A DNA stretch of 64,000 nucleotides, taken from assembly GCA_043228905.1 (NCBI GenBank), contig JBHGNT010000002.1, positions 11,470,001 through 11,534,000 of the forward strand, written 5' to 3'. The notes beneath the pieces are model-generated. The model worked only from the letters and a program-made list of their open reading frames with translations, was not told where the DNA came from and did no database searches. Positions 60,483 through 64,000 of the stretch are shown here, piece after piece. This DNA is from Azolla caroliniana (taxonomy: Eukaryota; Plantae; Polypodiophyta). How positions within the stretch are numbered: position 1 is the stretch's first letter; each line of letters begins with the position of its first letter. Made by a program: the position numbers and the translations under genes.

Positions 60483-63074
60483 TTTGAGAATCAAGCTCAA
60501 CTTGGTCTAGTGTGTGAACTCACCTTGAGAGTGGAGAGACACCTCAACGGTCAAGAGTCACCATTATGTCACCGCTTTGTATTCTAGCATTTAGTATGAA
60601 TCATAGAATCATATTCTATGACACATAACTTATGAGCTTTCACATTCCCCATGCTCCATGAGCCTTGTAGTTAATGAAGAGAGAGGGTGACTACATAAAG
60701 CACCCTCCTCCCACCTTGTATAATGTTGAGTCTTTCTCCTTTGTCAATATACCTTTACCTTGCGTATTCCTTGTCTCTCTCTCTCACTCACTCTCTCTCA
60801 TATACACACACATAACTCATATCACTTCCGCTTCACAAGAATCAATCTCTTGATTCTTTACATGGTATCAGAGCAATTTGGTAGCTCGATCTAGCCCATT
60901 CGCCTCATCATGATCGTGTGTTGTGCTCTACGCCGACGACCAAGAACCGGCTCATCGCTATCGTAGCTTCGCTACATAGCTCGCATTCGAAGAGAGAAGA
61001 AGAAGAAGAAGAATCGACATAATGAATACTCAAATGGGGAGCGCTCTCCCTACCGAGAAGTTGGATCGAAACAACTTCGCATCTTGGGAGTACAAGATGC
61101 ACCAATACCTTGTCGGACAAGGCTATTGGAGCTACATCAAAGGAGTGCATGAAGACCAACCCGCCGAAGCGGCTCCCGGATACGCGACATGGGAGCAAGC
61201 CGCAAGCTATGTGATGTATTGTTTGGCGACATGTGTTCACGACCACATGCTCGGTTACATTCGAGAAGCCAAGACGCCGAAGGAAGCGTGGGAAAATCTA
61301 TGAAAGATTTTCGCGGCCAACACGACCGCGAGGAAGCTTCAACTCCGGCAAGAGTTGAACAACATTCAACAAAGGGACATGTCCATCACGACATACACCT
61401 TGAAGATCAAGGAGCTTTGCGACTCGCTCGGCTCAATAAGCGTAAGTATAGATGATGATGAGATGTTGCAAATATGCCTCGGCAGCCTCGCACCACGGTT
61501 CGGCGCGATGCGAACCGCCGTTCTAGCACGGGAGAAATCTCCCTCCTTCTTCGAGCTCCAATCAATGATATTGGTCGAAGAAAACCACGTGCGTACAAGG
61601 AGCAATGAGGCGGAAAGCCACATGCTCTACACGCACTCTAATGGAGGAAGAGGACGTGGACGAGCGAGAGGCCGATTCGGCCAAGGACAAGGCGGACGAG
61701 GTCCGACCTATGACAACAACTCCCAATTTCGGCCGCAAAACGGAGGCCAACGAGGAACCTTCGCAAGAAGGTGGAGCTTCCACTCCGGCCCGAGCCGTCA
61801 AAACGCAACCGAATGCGGATATTGCGGAAAGCTCAGCCACCACGAAGAAGAGTGCCGAAAGAAGATGCGTGAATCGGCTTCCACAAGCTGACAACTCACG
61901 AATTACGCGCACAATTCCGACTACGAAGAGTATAGCGGAATGTACGGGCACAACTCCAACTACGAGGATCGTGGAGGAATGTACACATACAACTCCGACC
62001 GTGGCGCAATGTTCATGATGAAACATAGAGCAAAGTCTATGTCGGCCTCTACCTCAACTAGTGCCCTCAATCCGGAGGACGTATGGTTTGTTGTCTCCGG
62101 AGCCTCAAACCATATGACATCCCACAAAGAGTGGTTTCTCGAACTTCGAGAGCCGGAGCAACCCGGTTATGTCAAAACCGGAGATGACACTACGCACCCG
62201 ATTCGGCACATCGGCAACGTTCCGTTCGGCGAAAGAGGTAAGCAAACATACATTAAAAATGTCTTGCATGTACCCACCATCACAAAGAATTTGGTCTCGG
62301 TCGGCCAAATGGTTGAGCAAGGGATGCAAGTACAATTCGACCAAGACGGGGGCTTCATCGAAAAAGAAGGCCGAATCATCGCACGTGGAAGAAGAGAGGG
62401 CCGGATGTTCATTCTCGATTCGCACGAGATGAAATCCCCATGTTCGCGAAAAGCACAAAAGCCGACTCCGACATAGAGTTATGGCATAAGCGAATCGGCC
62501 ACATCAATCTCAACAAACTCAAAGCAATGAAATCGAAAGGAGTCGTCATCCGACTCCCGACATTCAAAGAGAAGGAGATTGAAGGTGTATGCGAAGCGTG
62601 CCAATTCAGCAAGCAACACCGACACCCATTTCCGAAGGAGCGGAATGTGAGCAAAGGCGTACTTGACATAATTCATTCCGATGTATGGGGTCCGGCTCAA
62701 ACGGCAACATTCGGCGGATGCCGCTATTACGTGCTCTTCATCGATGACCTTTCTAGGCACACTTGGATCTACCCGATACGGCAAAAGAGCGAAGTGTTCA
62801 GACACTTCCAAAATTTCAAGAATGAAGTCGAGAAAGCCACGGGCCGACATGTACGATGCCTTCGATCGGATGGCCGCAAGGAGTACTTCTCGGACGATTT
62901 CACGGTGTATCTCCGAAAGGAAGGAATTCGGCGAGAATTCACTTGCCGACACACTCCGCAACAAAACGAAGTAGCCAAGCGCAAAAATCGGCACATCCTC
63001 GAAGTAGCACGGGCCATGATGAACGAGAAGCATATGCCCAAGTCATATTGGGCCGAAGCGGTAAATACGGTTGT
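60483..63074 (+). mobile_element. Ty1/copia 5' LTR (~60483-60862) plus gag-PR-IN, 3' truncated
   Basis: PBS TGGTATCAGAGC 60863-60874. ORFs 61022-61303, 61355-61891, 61940-62476, 62440-63231; close homolog of 37780-41413. Confidence 0.9.
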
Positions 63075-63433
63075 CAACACGTTCGCGTTCACAAGTGGAA
63101 GGATCGCGCATAAATGGAAGGATAAGGGAAATTTTAGGGGTTTTTCAATGATTTTACAAAACACATTGATACCAGTATCATACAAGTTCAAACATACTAT
63201 GAAAAAGGTTAAAAATCCACTATTTTCGTGATTTAGAAGTAACTAAAAAAAGACGAATTTCAAAAACATACATTCTCAATTTATATCACAAACTTTACAA
63301 CCAATGTTATTTTATAAGAAACGATTTTTGGGAAATCATAAGAATTCAAAACACATGATTTTATATTACTCGATTTGTTACAAGCGGAATGTAGTTACAC
63401 TTAATAGCCAAATATACATTCATGATCACTCCT

Positions 63434-64000
63434 TTACGGAGAATCACTACTATAACTAATATACAATGACGATTCCTCCTCATCATCCTCGGATGTACCA
63501 ATCAGTGCATTATCTTCGTCATAAACCAAATGGTTTGACTCTAGATTATATGTAGCAGATCTCGTTTGCCTTTGACTCGAGCCACCTTGTAGACCTGGTA
63601 ATTTTTCTTTTATTATATCTATTATTGAGTTCCTTAATCGTCCGGCTTTTGTAAGTGTGAAGTCATACACGATGATATCCACATCAGAGATATCAAGGGT
63701 CGAGGTGTTACGAATGTTTCGCTTCCTCTTCCTACCTCCCCTTCTTGTTTGGCATTCAATCATCTCCAATGTATACTTACCTGTAAAAGCATTTGCACTT
63801 CTAGTGTTGTACCAATGAACATTTATAGACTTGATCGTGTTTTCTATTTCATGCATTAGCACTTCTAGAATTTTACCAACCCAAAATTGGTGGCCATGTG
63901 AGTTCTCATCAGCCGGCGTTGCAATCAACATCCCCGCGGTGAGCTCTTGCAAATTTCCTTGCCATCTAGCTTCGGCTGCTTTGGTCATCCTTGGTCCCAC
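63434..64000 (-). CDS. C-terminal part of an uncharacterised ORF entering from beyond the window (possibly DNA-transposon encoded)
   Basis: 188 uninterrupted codons with a globular FWVGKI..VHWY..F.GKY segment, basic NLS-like RRGGRKRKR and an acidic tail. No retroelement motif. Confidence 0.5.
   Translation of the reverse strand: MGPRMTKAAEARWQGNLQELTAGMLIATPADENSHGHQFWVGKILEVLMHEIENTIKSINVHWYNTRSANAFTGKYTLEMIECQTRRGGRKRKRNIRNTSTLDISDVDIIVYDFTLTKAGRLRNSIIDIIKEKLPGLQGGSSQRQTRSATYNLESNHLVYDEDNALIGTSEDDEEESSLYISYSSDSP

Overview
Land-plant nuclear DNA, probably a fern (inferred from the plastid accD fragment, large TE-filled introns and non-angiosperm-type retroelements). There is one convincing host gene: a 7-exon, 199-aa DUF3119-type plastid membrane protein (7363-17367, +), reconstructed from GT-AG junctions. 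It has a hAT MITE just upstream, a rearranged LSU rDNA fragment in intron 1 and a 7.2-kb TE-filled intron 3. Nearly everything else is deeply nested retrotransposon DNA. This includes many Ty1/copia copies with tRNA-iMet PBS, four of them with both ends and 5-bp TSDs, one of which is young and intact except for a 1-nt frameshift (27534-32969). There are also Tork/TNT1-like copia hosts, three Ty3/gypsy lineages, two LINE fragments, solo LTRs, tandem arrays and a plastid accD insertion. The most unusual recurring signal is a 10-bp inverted repeat (GTTGAGCTTG/CAAGCTCAAC) enclosing the polypurine tract and 3' LTR start in four copia elements from at least three dissimilar LTR types. No prokaryotic-type system (CRISPR etc.) is supported.
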